A stretch of DNA of 64,000 nt from Clostridia bacterium (GTDB taxonomy: Bacteria > Bacillota > Clostridia > TANB77 > CAG-465), in NCBI GenBank assembly GCA_028692955.1, contig JAQUWH010000001.1:130143-194142 (forward strand). The letters are read 5' to 3'. Made by a program: the position numbers and the translations under genes. Under the pieces are notes generated by a model. The model searched no databases and was not told the origin of the DNA. It worked only from the letters and a program-made list of their open reading frames with translations. Each line of letters starts with the position of its first letter. Within the stretch, counting starts at the first letter, position 1. This document shows positions 1 to 10,151 of this stretch, in pieces.

Positions 1-46
1 AATTACTGTAATTATTGTCACATTAACGCTACGGTCAAACTTTAGA

Positions 47-352
47 ATGTGTAAAATTGATGAGTTTATAAGCAATGTATATATGGTAAAACAATTTTAT
101 ACACTTTACTGTGAAAAGTTTGATAGTAGTAAATACTGTCAAGTGCAACATCATTTCCATTCCTTTCCATCTTTTGTAGGTTCAAAAGAAGAATTAGGAA
201 ATAAAATACTCCGTCAACTTTCAGAAATTAAAATATCAGATTCTTTAAAAGAAAAAGCTGGTAGAGAAGATTTTTTGGAGGCTATAAGGAATTTCGAAAT
301 GATGGAGTGTAATGTCAAATATGATATTTGGCTCTACACAGGTAAAAAATAG
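47..352 (+). CDS. hypothetical protein
   Basis: 101-aa ORF from the track; no motif recognised. Confidence 0.3.
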   Translation: MCKIDEFISNVYMVKQFYTLYCEKFDSSKYCQVQHHFHSFPSFVGSKEELGNKILRQLSEIKISDSLKEKAGREDFLEAIRNFEMMECNVKYDIWLYTGKK

Positions 353-369
353 TTAAACGAAGAAGGTGC

Positions 370-900
370 CTAAACAGCATCTTCTTTGTTTCGTATAGTA
401 AATAAAATAAATGGTTGTAAGAATGGTAGTAATATACTTAATATCAGTAATAAAATAGCAAAATTTGGTACTTTAAGAGAGTAAAGTCGATAAAGTATAG
501 CAAAATAGGAGATGAAAAAAAGCAATAAAGCAATTGGCTTGCCAAATGGTAGCATAGTAGAGATTATCATAAGAGGTAATACTAATTCTGTATGTTCTAT
601 TTCTATGCCAAACAGTCTTGTCTTGCCTACAATTTTACCTTGTATGTATAAACAAAAGTAGGGGATAAAGGCTAGAAATGCATAGCTATCTCCTTTTTTC
701 TTTGACATCTTGTATAAACCTATTGCTCTTAACAGCCATAAAACAAAGAATATAATTGATGTAATAGTAAAAGATATTAGTATCGCACTAGTTAAATTCT
801 TTAAATCTATTTGCGTAAAATCAGTTAAATGCAATACATCTTTAATTTTTGTTAATAACATATCTAATATTTCCGTTATTTTAAGTTCAGAAATATTCAT
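370..900 (-). CDS. hypothetical integral membrane protein
   Basis: 176 aa with several long hydrophobic helices; family not recognised. Confidence 0.45.
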   Translation of the reverse strand: MNISELKITEILDMLLTKIKDVLHLTDFTQIDLKNLTSAILISFTITSIIFFVLWLLRAIGLYKMSKKKGDSYAFLAFIPYFCLYIQGKIVGKTRLFGIEIEHTELVLPLMIISTMLPFGKPIALLLFFISYFAILYRLYSLKVPNFAILLLILSILLPFLQPFILFTIRNKEDAV

Positions 901-1082
901 ATTATCACTTCCTTGTTATTATTATGCCTCTAAACGTTAAGTTTTATTAGTTTTTTAGAATATCATACAAAAAATATTAAAATACTGAAAAAAATCAGAA
1001 AAAATTGTAATACTATTGACAATAGGGAGTAAATATTAGATAATAGATGTGTATTATGAGATTATCAAGGAGGTGCAAAAAT

Positions 1083-1319
1083 ATGGAAGTTATTTTTGAG
1101 AGAGTAAAAGAGGTAATTGGTGAGCAGCTAGGAATAGAGGAGTTAGATACTATCACAATGGAGACAACTTTTATAGATGATTTAGGTGCGGATTCTTTAG
1201 ATATCGTAGAGCTTATCATGGCTTTAGAAGAAGAATTTGATTTAGAAATACCAGAAGCAGAAGCTGAAAAAATCACATCTGTGAATGACGTTGTTGAGTA
1301 TATTAAAAAAAATCAATAA
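1083..1319 (+). CDS. acpP: acyl carrier protein
   Basis: [19 protein letters not shown] with the phosphopantetheine Ser in DSLD; start moved to ATG 1083 behind AGGAGG; 78 aa. Confidence 0.92.
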   Translation: MEVIFERVKEVIGEQLGIEELDTITMETTFIDDLGADSLDIVELIMALEEEFDLEIPEAEAEKITSVNDVVEYIKKNQ

Positions 1320-1329
1320 AATAAACATT

Positions 1330-1370
1330 AGACCATATAAATCAATTTGATTTATATGGTCTTTTCTTTT
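1330..1370 (+). terminator. rho-independent terminator after acpP
   Basis: perfect 14-bp stem agaccatataaatc/gatttatatggtct, 5-nt loop, T-rich tail. Confidence 0.8.
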
Positions 1371-1428
1371 TGCATATTGTTGAATTTTGATACTTTTTCG
1401 TATATAATATAGAATAAGGTGAGAATAA

Positions 1429-2130
1429 ATGAAAGAAGAAGAAATACTATTAAGATTTGAAGCAAAACTGCAATATATATTTAGAGATATTTCACTTCTA
1501 AAAATGGCTTTAACACATAAATCTGTTGCCTACGATGGCGTATCAAAGGCAAAGTCAAAATATAACGAAAGAATCGAATTTTTAGGAGATGCTATTCTTG
1601 AACATATTATATCTGATTTATTATACCATCATGAGCCTGAATTATCTGAAGGAGATATGACGAAGATGAGAGCAAGTATTGTGTGTGAAAAATCACTAAG
1701 CAATGCAATGAAAAGAATAGAAGGACATCAGTATGTATATTTAGGAAAATGTGAAATACAAAATAACGGACGTTTTAAAGATGCTATCATTGCGGATGCT
1801 TTTGAATCTGTAATCGGAGCCATATATATTGACGCTGGATTTGATGTGACAAATGAAATAGTGCTAAGGCTATTGGATGTAGAAATTGCCATGGCTTTAA
1901 GCAAAAAAGAGTTTAATATTGATTACAAAACAAGATTACAAGAAATATTGCAAAAACACGGAACGGTAAAAATAGAGTATATTTTAATCGAAGAAAGTGG
2001 GCCAGAACATGATAAAACGTTTAAAGTGGAATTATTATTTAACGATACAAAGATAGGTGAGGGCATTGGAAAAAATAAAAAGCAAGCAGAACAACAGGCA
2101 GCCAAATATGCCTATGAAAGACACAAATAA
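1429..2130 (+). CDS. rnc: ribonuclease III
   Basis: 233 aa; RNase III signature ERIEFLGDAILE, C-terminal dsRBD (GIGKNKKQAEQQAA); acpP-rnc synteny. Confidence 0.93.
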   Translation: MKEEEILLRFEAKLQYIFRDISLLKMALTHKSVAYDGVSKAKSKYNERIEFLGDAILEHIISDLLYHHEPELSEGDMTKMRASIVCEKSLSNAMKRIEGHQYVYLGKCEIQNNGRFKDAIIADAFESVIGAIYIDAGFDVTNEIVLRLLDVEIAMALSKKEFNIDYKTRLQEILQKHGTVKIEYILIEESGPEHDKTFKVELLFNDTKIGEGIGKNKKQAEQQAAKYAYERHK

Positions 2131-3178
2131 AATAGAAATAAAACTTGATATTGCTAAAGTATTAAAAAACATAATTAATAAGGAAGAACAGTATACAATC
2201 CCCATATTCATACCGCATAAAGGTTGTCCTAATGATTGCGTATTTTGTAATCAACGAAAAATTAGCGGTCATCAAGAAGATGTTTCTTTAAAAGAAGTAG
2301 ATGAAACTATTGAAAAGTATTTAATATATTTTAGCAATAGTAAATGTAAAAAAATACAAATTGCGTTTTTTGGTGGGAGTTTTACTGGTCTTGATATAAA
2401 GTCTCAAGTTGCATATTTAAAAATAGCCAATCGATATATCAAAGAAGGAACAGTTGATAGTATTAGAATATCAACAAGACCAGATTATATATCTCCAACA
2501 ATATTACAAATATTAAAAAAATATAATGTAAAGAATATCGAGTTGGGCGTACAATCTATGGATGATAGCGTTTTACAAATATCAAAAAGAGGACATAATG
2601 CAAAGGCAGTGGTAAGAGCTTCGTTATTAATTAGACACTACGGATTTGAGCTTGGGCATCAAATGATGATTGGATTACCAGAAAGTGATGTAAATAAAGA
2701 GTTATATACTATTCAATCACTTTTGAAACTTCACCCAAAGGAATTAAGGATTTATCCTGTTTATGTTATTTATCCTAGCCAATTATATGATTGGTATGAA
2801 CAAAAAAAATATATACCACTTACATTAGAGGAAACAATTGATAGAACGTATTCGGTCGTAAAAGAATGTGTGACTACAAACATCAAAATCATACGAATGG
2901 GTCTTCAAGCAACAGATGAGATAACAGAAAGTAACAAAGCTCTTGTTGGTCCAATATGTGATAATTTTGCGGAATATGTGATGGCAAAAATGGTAGTAAT
3001 TGAAATAGAGAATAGAATAAAAGAAAAATTGGAAAAAGATAAAATCAATCAGATTATAATAGAGGCTCCATTTAAATATGCTTCTATTGTAGTGGGACCA
3101 AAAAAAATCAATAAAGAATATCTCATGTCAAAATATAAAGAATATGATATGAAATTAAAACTAAAAGGAGAAAAATAG
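2108..3178 (+). CDS. radical SAM protein (ELP3-like family)
   Basis: CPNDCVFC = CxxxCxxC radical-SAM motif near the N-terminus; start (2108 or 2114) uncertain, overlaps the rnc end. Confidence 0.75.
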   Translation: MPMKDTNKIEIKLDIAKVLKNIINKEEQYTIPIFIPHKGCPNDCVFCNQRKISGHQEDVSLKEVDETIEKYLIYFSNSKCKKIQIAFFGGSFTGLDIKSQVAYLKIANRYIKEGTVDSIRISTRPDYISPTILQILKKYNVKNIELGVQSMDDSVLQISKRGHNAKAVVRASLLIRHYGFELGHQMMIGLPESDVNKELYTIQSLLKLHPKELRIYPVYVIYPSQLYDWYEQKKYIPLTLEETIDRTYSVVKECVTTNIKIIRMGLQATDEITESNKALVGPICDNFAEYVMAKMVVIEIENRIKEKLEKDKINQIIIEAPFKYASIVVGPKKINKEYLMSKYKEYDMKLKLKGEK

Positions 3179-3642
3179 TGAAAAGAGTCGTGTTTGTCTC
3201 GAGTTCGGGTGGTCATTTCACAGAAATTTTAAAACTCGAAAAATTGTTCAAAAATTATGAATATCTTTTGGTGACAGAGAAAACAGAAATTACTGATGGC
3301 TACAAAGATAAATATCATATGCAATTCTTAAAATATGGACCTAATAAAAATAAGTTGAAATATATTTGGACAATACTATATAATATTATTAAGTGCATTA
3401 GTATTATTATAAAATTTAAACCTGAAACAATTGTCACTACTGGAGCACAGGTTGGCGGTATTATGTGCTTCTTAGGAAAAATTGCAAAAAAAAGAATTAT
3501 ATATATTGAATCCCTTGCTAAAATTGATTCTTTATCTGTAACAGGCAAAATGGTATATAAATTTGCAGATAAGTTTTATGTACAATGGGAATCATTAGTT
3601 AAAAAATATGAAAAAGCAGAGTATATCGGGAGGCTTATGTAA
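3178..3642 (+). CDS. Alg14/PssD/Cps14F-like glycosyltransferase subunit (membrane-associated half)
   Basis: 154 aa; VFVSSSGGHFTEIL and TTGAQVGG resemble the Alg14-type half of split GT28-like enzymes; GTG start after AAGGAG. Confidence 0.7.
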   Translation: MKRVVFVSSSGGHFTEILKLEKLFKNYEYLLVTEKTEITDGYKDKYHMQFLKYGPNKNKLKYIWTILYNIIKCISIIIKFKPETIVTTGAQVGGIMCFLGKIAKKRIIYIESLAKIDSLSVTGKMVYKFADKFYVQWESLVKKYEKAEYIGRLM

Positions 3643-4103
3643 TGATATTAGTTTCAGTTGGAACACAAAAGCAACAGTTTAACAGAATTTTTAATTTAAT
3701 AGAAAATTCAAAAAAATTAAAAAATATGGAAATAATTGCACAATCTGGTTATACTAATTATAAGAGTGAAACAATAAAAATGTTATCTTTTGTTAGTGAT
3801 AGTGAATTTGATGATTTAATAAATAGATGTGATTTATTAATTTGCCATGGTGGAGTTGGGACTATTTTTAAGGCTTTAAATCAAGGAAAAAAAGTTTTAG
3901 TGGTGCCAAGATTACAAAAATATGGGGAACATGTTAATGATCATCAACTTGAAATTTGTAAAGCACTTCAAAATGAAAACTTTTTATTATATTTGCAAGA
4001 TGGAGAAGATATAGATGACAAAATAGAAGAATTGAGTCATACTACTTTCAAAAAATACGTACTAGATGAAGGATATCTTACCATACTCGCTAAGCAAATA
4101 TAG
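3642..4103 (+). CDS. Alg13/PssE/Cps14G-like glycosyltransferase subunit (catalytic half)
   Basis: 153 aa; VSVGTQKQQFNR, CHGGVGT, VPRLQKYGEHVNDHQ motifs; TAATG overlap with the upstream gene. Confidence 0.7.
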   Translation: MILVSVGTQKQQFNRIFNLIENSKKLKNMEIIAQSGYTNYKSETIKMLSFVSDSEFDDLINRCDLLICHGGVGTIFKALNQGKKVLVVPRLQKYGEHVNDHQLEICKALQNENFLLYLQDGEDIDDKIEELSHTTFKKYVLDEGYLTILAKQI

Positions 4104-4117
4104 ATAAAGGAGAATAG

Positions 4118-5026
4118 ATGAAAACCAATGTAAAGAAAAGTATAGAGGAGAAAAAAAGAGCAATAAAAGTAAGGAAAACATTTGATTTTATAAGAGACTT
4201 TTTAATCATTGCAATTGGTGCCTATTTAATTAGTTTAAGTATTAATATGTTTTTACTACCTCATAAGATGACAACGGGAGGTGCTAGTGGTATTGCTACT
4301 GTTTTGTATTACATGTTTCATATGCCTATGGGGATTACCATACTAATTATAAATATTCCTCTTTTTATTATAGCGCTTTTAAAACTTGGTAAAAAATTTG
4401 CAATAAAAACGATTATTGCAACCGTGTTATTGTCTGTATTTCTAGAGGTATTTCAATATGAGCAAGTAATAAAAACCACGCAAATTGATTTACTTATGTC
4501 ATGTATATTTGGCGGAATTATATCAGGAATAGGATTATCTCTTGTATTTAAAGCCGGAGCAAGCTCTGGTGGTTCAGATCTACTTGCCAACATTATCTAC
4601 CAGTTAACAAAGAGCCAAAGTATATCTAAAGTATTAATGGCAATAGAAGTGGTGATTATTGGTTCTGTTATTATATGTTTTAAAAATTTGAATTTAGGAC
4701 TTTACTCTATTATTGCACTTGTAATATCTACAAAAGTAATTGATATTATATTTGATGGTATCTATAATACAAAAGTAGCTACCATTATCACTAAAAAAGG
4801 AGACGTCATAGCAGATTCAATTTTAAAAGAACTTGAAAGAGGCGCTACTATTACTAATTCAATAGGAGCACATTCTGGTGAGGAAAATACAACAATCACT
4901 TGTGTTATTACAAGAAATCAAATTGCATCTTTGAAACAAATTATTCGAGATAATGATAATAGAGCAATGATGTATATCACAAATGCAAATGAAGCAATCG
5001 GACGAGGATTTAAGAGTATTGATTGA
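4118..5026 (+). CDS. YitT family membrane protein (DUF2179 C-terminal domain)
   Basis: 302 aa; multi-TM N-part with GGASGIA, soluble C-terminal domain typical of the YitT family. Confidence 0.75.
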   Translation: MKTNVKKSIEEKKRAIKVRKTFDFIRDFLIIAIGAYLISLSINMFLLPHKMTTGGASGIATVLYYMFHMPMGITILIINIPLFIIALLKLGKKFAIKTIIATVLLSVFLEVFQYEQVIKTTQIDLLMSCIFGGIISGIGLSLVFKAGASSGGSDLLANIIYQLTKSQSISKVLMAIEVVIIGSVIICFKNLNLGLYSIIALVISTKVIDIIFDGIYNTKVATIITKKGDVIADSILKELERGATITNSIGAHSGEENTTITCVITRNQIASLKQIIRDNDNRAMMYITNANEAIGRGFKSID

Positions 5027-5035
5027 GGGGGAAAT

Positions 5036-5854
5036 ATGGAAGGGAATACAAATAGTAAGTATCTAGAAAACATTTGTAAGGATGTAAGAAAAAATATTGT
5101 AAAAATGATATATCATGCTAAATCTGGACATCCAGGTGGTAGCCTTTCTTGCGTTGAAATTTTAGTTTCGTTATATAAAAATATCATGAATATTACTTTA
5201 GATGAATCAGGAAAAAGAGTTGATAAGTTCGTATTGTCAAAGGGACATGCCTCAGCAGCCTACTATGCCATATTATCAGAATGTGGATTTATACCAAAAG
5301 AGGATTTAGTCACTTTTAGAAAATATGATAGCTATTTAGAAGGACATCCTTCTAATAAAATACCAGGCGTTGATGTATCTAGTGGCTCTCTTGGCCAAGG
5401 TTTATCCGTTGCAAATGGGATGGCGCTTGCTAAAAAATTAGATCACAAAGAGGGCTACGTGTATTGTCTACTTGGAGATGGTGAACTAGAAGAAGGCCAA
5501 ATATGGGAAGCTTGTATGTCGGCAAACAAATACAATTTAAACAATCTAATTGTATTTGTTGACTATAATGGATTACAAATTGATGGAAGTATAAAAGATG
5601 TTAAAGATGTGGATAATTTAAATTCAAAATTCGAATCTTTTGGCTTAAATGTCCAAAAAATTAATGGAAATAACATAGAAGAAATAATCGAAGCTGTGAA
5701 AATAGCAAAAGAAAAATTAAATGATAGACCTAATGTTATAGTCGCTAAAACAATAAAAGGAAAAGGGGTATCTTTTATGGAAAATAAAATTGAGTGGCAT
5801 GGAAAGACTTTAACAAAGGAAGAACTTGAGATAGCTCTTAATGAATTAAATTAA
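5036..5854 (+). CDS. transketolase, N-terminal (TPP-binding) subunit
   Basis: 272 aa; GHPGGSLS, GDGELEEGQ, NLIVFVDYNG motifs of split transketolase. Confidence 0.9.
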   Translation: MEGNTNSKYLENICKDVRKNIVKMIYHAKSGHPGGSLSCVEILVSLYKNIMNITLDESGKRVDKFVLSKGHASAAYYAILSECGFIPKEDLVTFRKYDSYLEGHPSNKIPGVDVSSGSLGQGLSVANGMALAKKLDHKEGYVYCLLGDGELEEGQIWEACMSANKYNLNNLIVFVDYNGLQIDGSIKDVKDVDNLNSKFESFGLNVQKINGNNIEEIIEAVKIAKEKLNDRPNVIVAKTIKGKGVSFMENKIEWHGKTLTKEELEIALNELN

Positions 5855-5871
5855 TAAATGGGAGAATTATA

Positions 5872-6537
5872 ATGGGGATTTTTGACAGATTTAAAAAAAG
5901 AAAAAATAAAAATGTGAAGGAAACAATGCAACAAGAGGAAGCAAATATAATATTACCGTATAGTCCCGAAAGAAATGGTGGTATATATTCAGCTGAAATC
6001 AATTTCAATGATGGTATGGAAAATATTGATGGAAAAAATTTAAAAGCTGTAAATATAAAATATAATTATGAAATGGTAGAAACTGGTGATACACAAGTTT
6101 TCTGTAAAAGAAAAAATGTATACCTAGAACCATATTATGATATTGATGAGAATGGTAATACAGTAGAAAATACAGAGCAATATTATAATAATTTAATAAA
6201 TAATGGCAAAAAGGCAGATGTAAAAGGATTCTTTCGAATACAAGACATAGAAAGAATAGATAGAGAAGGTAACGGTAATAATTATATTGGTTATCTATCA
6301 TATGATCAAGATGAAAAAGCAGAAAGATTGTATGATATGGACTTTAAAAAAAATTATATAAAAAAGTTAAAAGAAGAAAAGTTGAGAAATAATGAGCAAA
6401 AACAGGAGAATTTTAAAAAGGAGCTAAATTCATTATCTAATTATAAAGCTAATGATGGATATAAAAATTGGCTTGACAATGAAGATGATCGTTTTGCTGG
6501 AAGAAAAAAATTAGATGACAAAACTATAGATAAATAA
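5872..6537 (+). CDS. hypothetical protein (N/K/E/D-rich, no TM)
   Basis: 221-aa ORF with SD (GGGAGAA) inserted between the two transketolase subunit genes; no motif recognised. Confidence 0.5.
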   Translation: MGIFDRFKKRKNKNVKETMQQEEANIILPYSPERNGGIYSAEINFNDGMENIDGKNLKAVNIKYNYEMVETGDTQVFCKRKNVYLEPYYDIDENGNTVENTEQYYNNLINNGKKADVKGFFRIQDIERIDREGNGNNYIGYLSYDQDEKAERLYDMDFKKNYIKKLKEEKLRNNEQKQENFKKELNSLSNYKANDGYKNWLDNEDDRFAGRKKLDDKTIDK

Positions 6538-6554
6538 AAAAAGGAGTTGTATTA

Positions 6555-7475
6555 ATGAAATCAACAAGAAAATCATATGGTGAATTTTTAGTAGATATGG
6601 GTACTAAAAATGCAAATATTGTAGTATTTGATGCGGATCTAGCAAAGGCTACCTGTACGGTAGATTTTAAAAATAAATTTCCTGATAGACATTTTGATAT
6701 GGGAATTGCAGAACAAGATATGATAGGCACTGCATGTGGAATGGCTATTAGCGGTAAAACTGTTTTTACTTCATCGTTTGCTATGTTTGCTGCAGGTCGT
6801 GCCTATGAGCAAATTAGAAATACAGCTGCTTACTCTCATGTTAATATCAATATTTGTGCGACACATACCGGTCTTGGAGTTGGAGAAGATGGTGCGACAC
6901 ATCAATGTATTGAAGATATTGCATTAATGAATGTGATTCCTGATATGAACGTGTTTTCACCTTCTGATGATATTTCTACTCATAAAATATTGATGGAATG
7001 TTTAAATTTAGATATGCCAAAATATATTAGACTTGGCAGAAATGAATTACCCAGCATATATAGTCTAAATGATGAATTTCATTTGGGTGGTTCTCATACA
7101 TTTGGAAATGGTATAGATGGCACGATATTTGCAACTGGATCAACAGTGTGTACTGCTTTAGAGGCTAAAATGCTATTAAAGGAAAAAGGGTATGATGTTA
7201 GAGTTATAGACTTGTATAGCATAAAACCAATCGATAAAGCAACTATTATACAATGTGCAAAAGAAACCAATAAACTAATTTCTATTGAAGATCATAGTGT
7301 TATAGGTGGAATCGGAAGTATTATTTCATCTGTACTATGTGAGGAGTTTCCTAAAAAATTAGTTAAACTAGGAATACAAGATAAATTTGGAAAATCAGGT
7401 AAAGCAGAGAAACTTTATGAATTATATAACTTAACAAAAGAAGATGTTATAGAAGCCTTTATCATGAATGATTAA
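6555..7475 (+). CDS. transketolase, C-terminal subunit
   Basis: 306 aa; FDMGIAEQDM and EDGATHQ motifs; pyrimidine-binding plus C-terminal domains. Confidence 0.9.
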   Translation: MKSTRKSYGEFLVDMGTKNANIVVFDADLAKATCTVDFKNKFPDRHFDMGIAEQDMIGTACGMAISGKTVFTSSFAMFAAGRAYEQIRNTAAYSHVNINICATHTGLGVGEDGATHQCIEDIALMNVIPDMNVFSPSDDISTHKILMECLNLDMPKYIRLGRNELPSIYSLNDEFHLGGSHTFGNGIDGTIFATGSTVCTALEAKMLLKEKGYDVRVIDLYSIKPIDKATIIQCAKETNKLISIEDHSVIGGIGSIISSVLCEEFPKKLVKLGIQDKFGKSGKAEKLYELYNLTKEDVIEAFIMND

Positions 7476-7499
7476 ATTAAAAAAAAGAAGGGGGAGCGT

Positions 7500-8762
7500 A
7501 TGGAACCATTAGCATATAGAATGAAGCCAAAAGAATTAAAGGACTTTTTTGGTCAAGAAGATATTATTGGTGAGGGAAAGCTATTAAACCGTTTGATAAA
7601 AGCGGACAAGCTAACTTCAGCTATTTTTTGGGGACCTCCAGGTTGTGGAAAAACATCCTTAGCAAGGATTATAGCAAATACTACTAAAAACAAATTTGTT
7701 ACACTCAATGCTACAACTGCTGGAGTCGCAGATATTAAAAGCGTGGTTGAAAAGGCACAAAATATCTTTGAAAATCCTACTGGAAAAGTGATATTGTTTA
7801 TTGATGAGATACACAGATTTAATAAATTACAACAAGATGCATTACTTCCACATGTGGAAAAGGGTACTGTTATTCTTATTGGAGCTACAACAGAAAATCC
7901 ATATTTTTCAGTCAATAAAGCATTGATATCCCGTTCTACTGTTTTTAAATTTAAAGAGTTAGAAGATAAAGATGTTGTGAATGTGTTAAAAAATTGTATA
8001 CAAGATAAAGAAAATGGCCTTGGGAATTATAATTTAGAAATTAAAGACGGAGTTTTAGAATTTTTAGCAAGTAATTCTAATGGAGATGTGAGGTCTGTTC
8101 TTAATGCATTAGAACTTGCTATTCTTACGACTAATCTAAATGAAAACGGTCAAATTGTCATTACGAAGGATGTCATTAGAGATTGTATTCAACAAAAAAA
8201 GAGCATTTATGACAAATCGGATGATTCTCATTATGATGTGATTTCTGCTTTTATAAAATCAATGAGAGGCTCTGACCCTGATGCAACATTACATTATTTA
8301 GCAAGAATGTTAGAAGGTGGAGAAGACCCAATGTTTATTGCTAGACGTATTGTTATTCAATCTTCAGAGGATGTTGGTCTTGCTAATGGCAATGCACTAC
8401 AGGTAGCTGTGGCAGCAATGCAGGCAGTGCATCAGATTGGCATGCCTGAAGCAAGAATACCGCTTGCACAAGCTGCTTTAACAGTTGCTTTAAGTCCTAA
8501 GTCGAATACATCTTATTTAGGAATTAATGAAGCGATAGAAGATGTTAGAACTTTAGACATTGGACAAGTTCCTATGCATATACGAAATGCGGCTAAAGCT
8601 GGAATGGAAGAATTTGGGTATGGTGAGGGTTACAAATATCCACATAACTTTGAAAATTCAAAAGTAGAACAACAATATTTACCAGATAAACTACTTGATA
8701 AAAAATATTTTAAGCCTAAATCATGGGAGAAAGACTTGGGTGAAACAAATGAAAAAAGATAA
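7500..8762 (+). CDS. rarA: replication-associated recombination protein A (MgsA/RarA AAA ATPase)
   Basis: 420 aa; Walker A GPPGCGKTS, Walker B ILFIDEIHRFNK, C-terminal GEDPMFIARR. Confidence 0.9.
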   Translation: MEPLAYRMKPKELKDFFGQEDIIGEGKLLNRLIKADKLTSAIFWGPPGCGKTSLARIIANTTKNKFVTLNATTAGVADIKSVVEKAQNIFENPTGKVILFIDEIHRFNKLQQDALLPHVEKGTVILIGATTENPYFSVNKALISRSTVFKFKELEDKDVVNVLKNCIQDKENGLGNYNLEIKDGVLEFLASNSNGDVRSVLNALELAILTTNLNENGQIVITKDVIRDCIQQKKSIYDKSDDSHYDVISAFIKSMRGSDPDATLHYLARMLEGGEDPMFIARRIVIQSSEDVGLANGNALQVAVAAMQAVHQIGMPEARIPLAQAALTVALSPKSNTSYLGINEAIEDVRTLDIGQVPMHIRNAAKAGMEEFGYGEGYKYPHNFENSKVEQQYLPDKLLDKKYFKPKSWEKDLGETNEKR

Positions 8763-10140
8763 AAATATAAAAGTGAGTATTAATAATAGTAAAAAACGTA
8801 TTCGCAGTGCTATTAATAAAGAAGTAATTGGTGATGAATCTCCTAAACATGATGCAATATTAAAGAAAACTACTAGAGAAGATAAAAAAGCTCAAAATTC
8901 ACTTACAGATGGACTATATATTGTAAATAAACATAACAAAAAAATAGAAGATATAAGAGAAAAAAGAATAGGCAAAACAAAATTAGAAGTACAACAAGAA
9001 ATAGTAGAAGAACAAATCGAAAGAAGAAATAAAAAGATGTTTTTTAGAAGATTTATTCTGTTTTTTGTATTACTAATCATCGTTATTTTAGTATATTTAT
9101 TTTTTGAATATGGCCCAATATTTGGAATTAGCATGGCTAGTTCAAATACTAATAACAAAAGAATTGATATTGTCAGCACAGATAGTGATATCTATAAAAT
9201 GTATAATGATGAGCTACTGATTTATTCAAATCAACAAATAGTAACTTATGACAAGTATGGTAACAACACCTGGTCATATAAGTTGGATCAAGCATTTACA
9301 CCTAATATCTATTCATGTGGTAAATATATGATTGTATCGAATAACATCAATGGAACTGTCTATTTATTTGAGGAAAAAAAAGAAATACTAAATAAGAAGA
9401 TAGAAGGAACTATACAACACGTTTATATGGACGAGCTTGGGAATTTCGCTGTGGAATATTCTACTAGTATTTATAAAAAAGTGATAGGTGTATATAACAA
9501 AAGTGGTAAAAATTTATTCAATACTTATTTAGAAAACAATGCTATCATTGACATTAAAATATTAGAAAAAGGTAATAAGTTGTTGATTGCAAAGGCTAAT
9601 TCCTCTTCCTTTAAAATTGGTTGTAGTTTATCTATAATAGATGGTTCTTCTACTGCAAAGGAACAAGAAACGCAAATTTCTAAATTTGATAATAACCTTA
9701 TCTATAACTTGACTATTCATGGACAAGATATTATAATATTATTAGATAATAAATTAGTAAAGTTAAATCTTACTACAAAAGAGGTAACAGAGATCAAATC
9801 TTTTACTACTGCGCAACTTATGTATGTATCAACATATAAAGACTATTACATATCAGTAGATAAAAAATTAGATAATGAAAATATATATTCTATCACTACT
9901 TCCGATTATGCAAATCATATTATAAGCCAGATAGACGAAAATGAATCGCCAAAGATTATGATGAATAGTGGATTGATTACTTATTTTATTTATCAAAATA
10001 ATATTAAAGTAATGAATAAATGGGGCATAGAAATTAAGAATCAACCATTAGATGGTACGCCAAAAGAAGTTATTGTATTTAATAAAGAAAAATCATTGGC
10101 TTTAGTGTATACAAACAAAATATATATTATGAATATATAG
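8749..10140 (+). CDS. hypothetical membrane-anchored protein
   Basis: about 463 aa; K/E-rich N-part, single TM (FILFFVLLIIVILVYLFF), beta-rich extracytoplasmic part; start set to ATG 8749. Confidence 0.5.
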   Translation: MKKDKNIKVSINNSKKRIRSAINKEVIGDESPKHDAILKKTTREDKKAQNSLTDGLYIVNKHNKKIEDIREKRIGKTKLEVQQEIVEEQIERRNKKMFFRRFILFFVLLIIVILVYLFFEYGPIFGISMASSNTNNKRIDIVSTDSDIYKMYNDELLIYSNQQIVTYDKYGNNTWSYKLDQAFTPNIYSCGKYMIVSNNINGTVYLFEEKKEILNKKIEGTIQHVYMDELGNFAVEYSTSIYKKVIGVYNKSGKNLFNTYLENNAIIDIKILEKGNKLLIAKANSSSFKIGCSLSIIDGSSTAKEQETQISKFDNNLIYNLTIHGQDIIILLDNKLVKLNLTTKEVTEIKSFTTAQLMYVSTYKDYYISVDKKLDNENIYSITTSDYANHIISQIDENESPKIMMNSGLITYFIYQNNIKVMNKWGIEIKNQPLDGTPKEVIVFNKEKSLALVYTNKIYIMNI

Positions 10141-10151
10141 GAGGAAACAAT

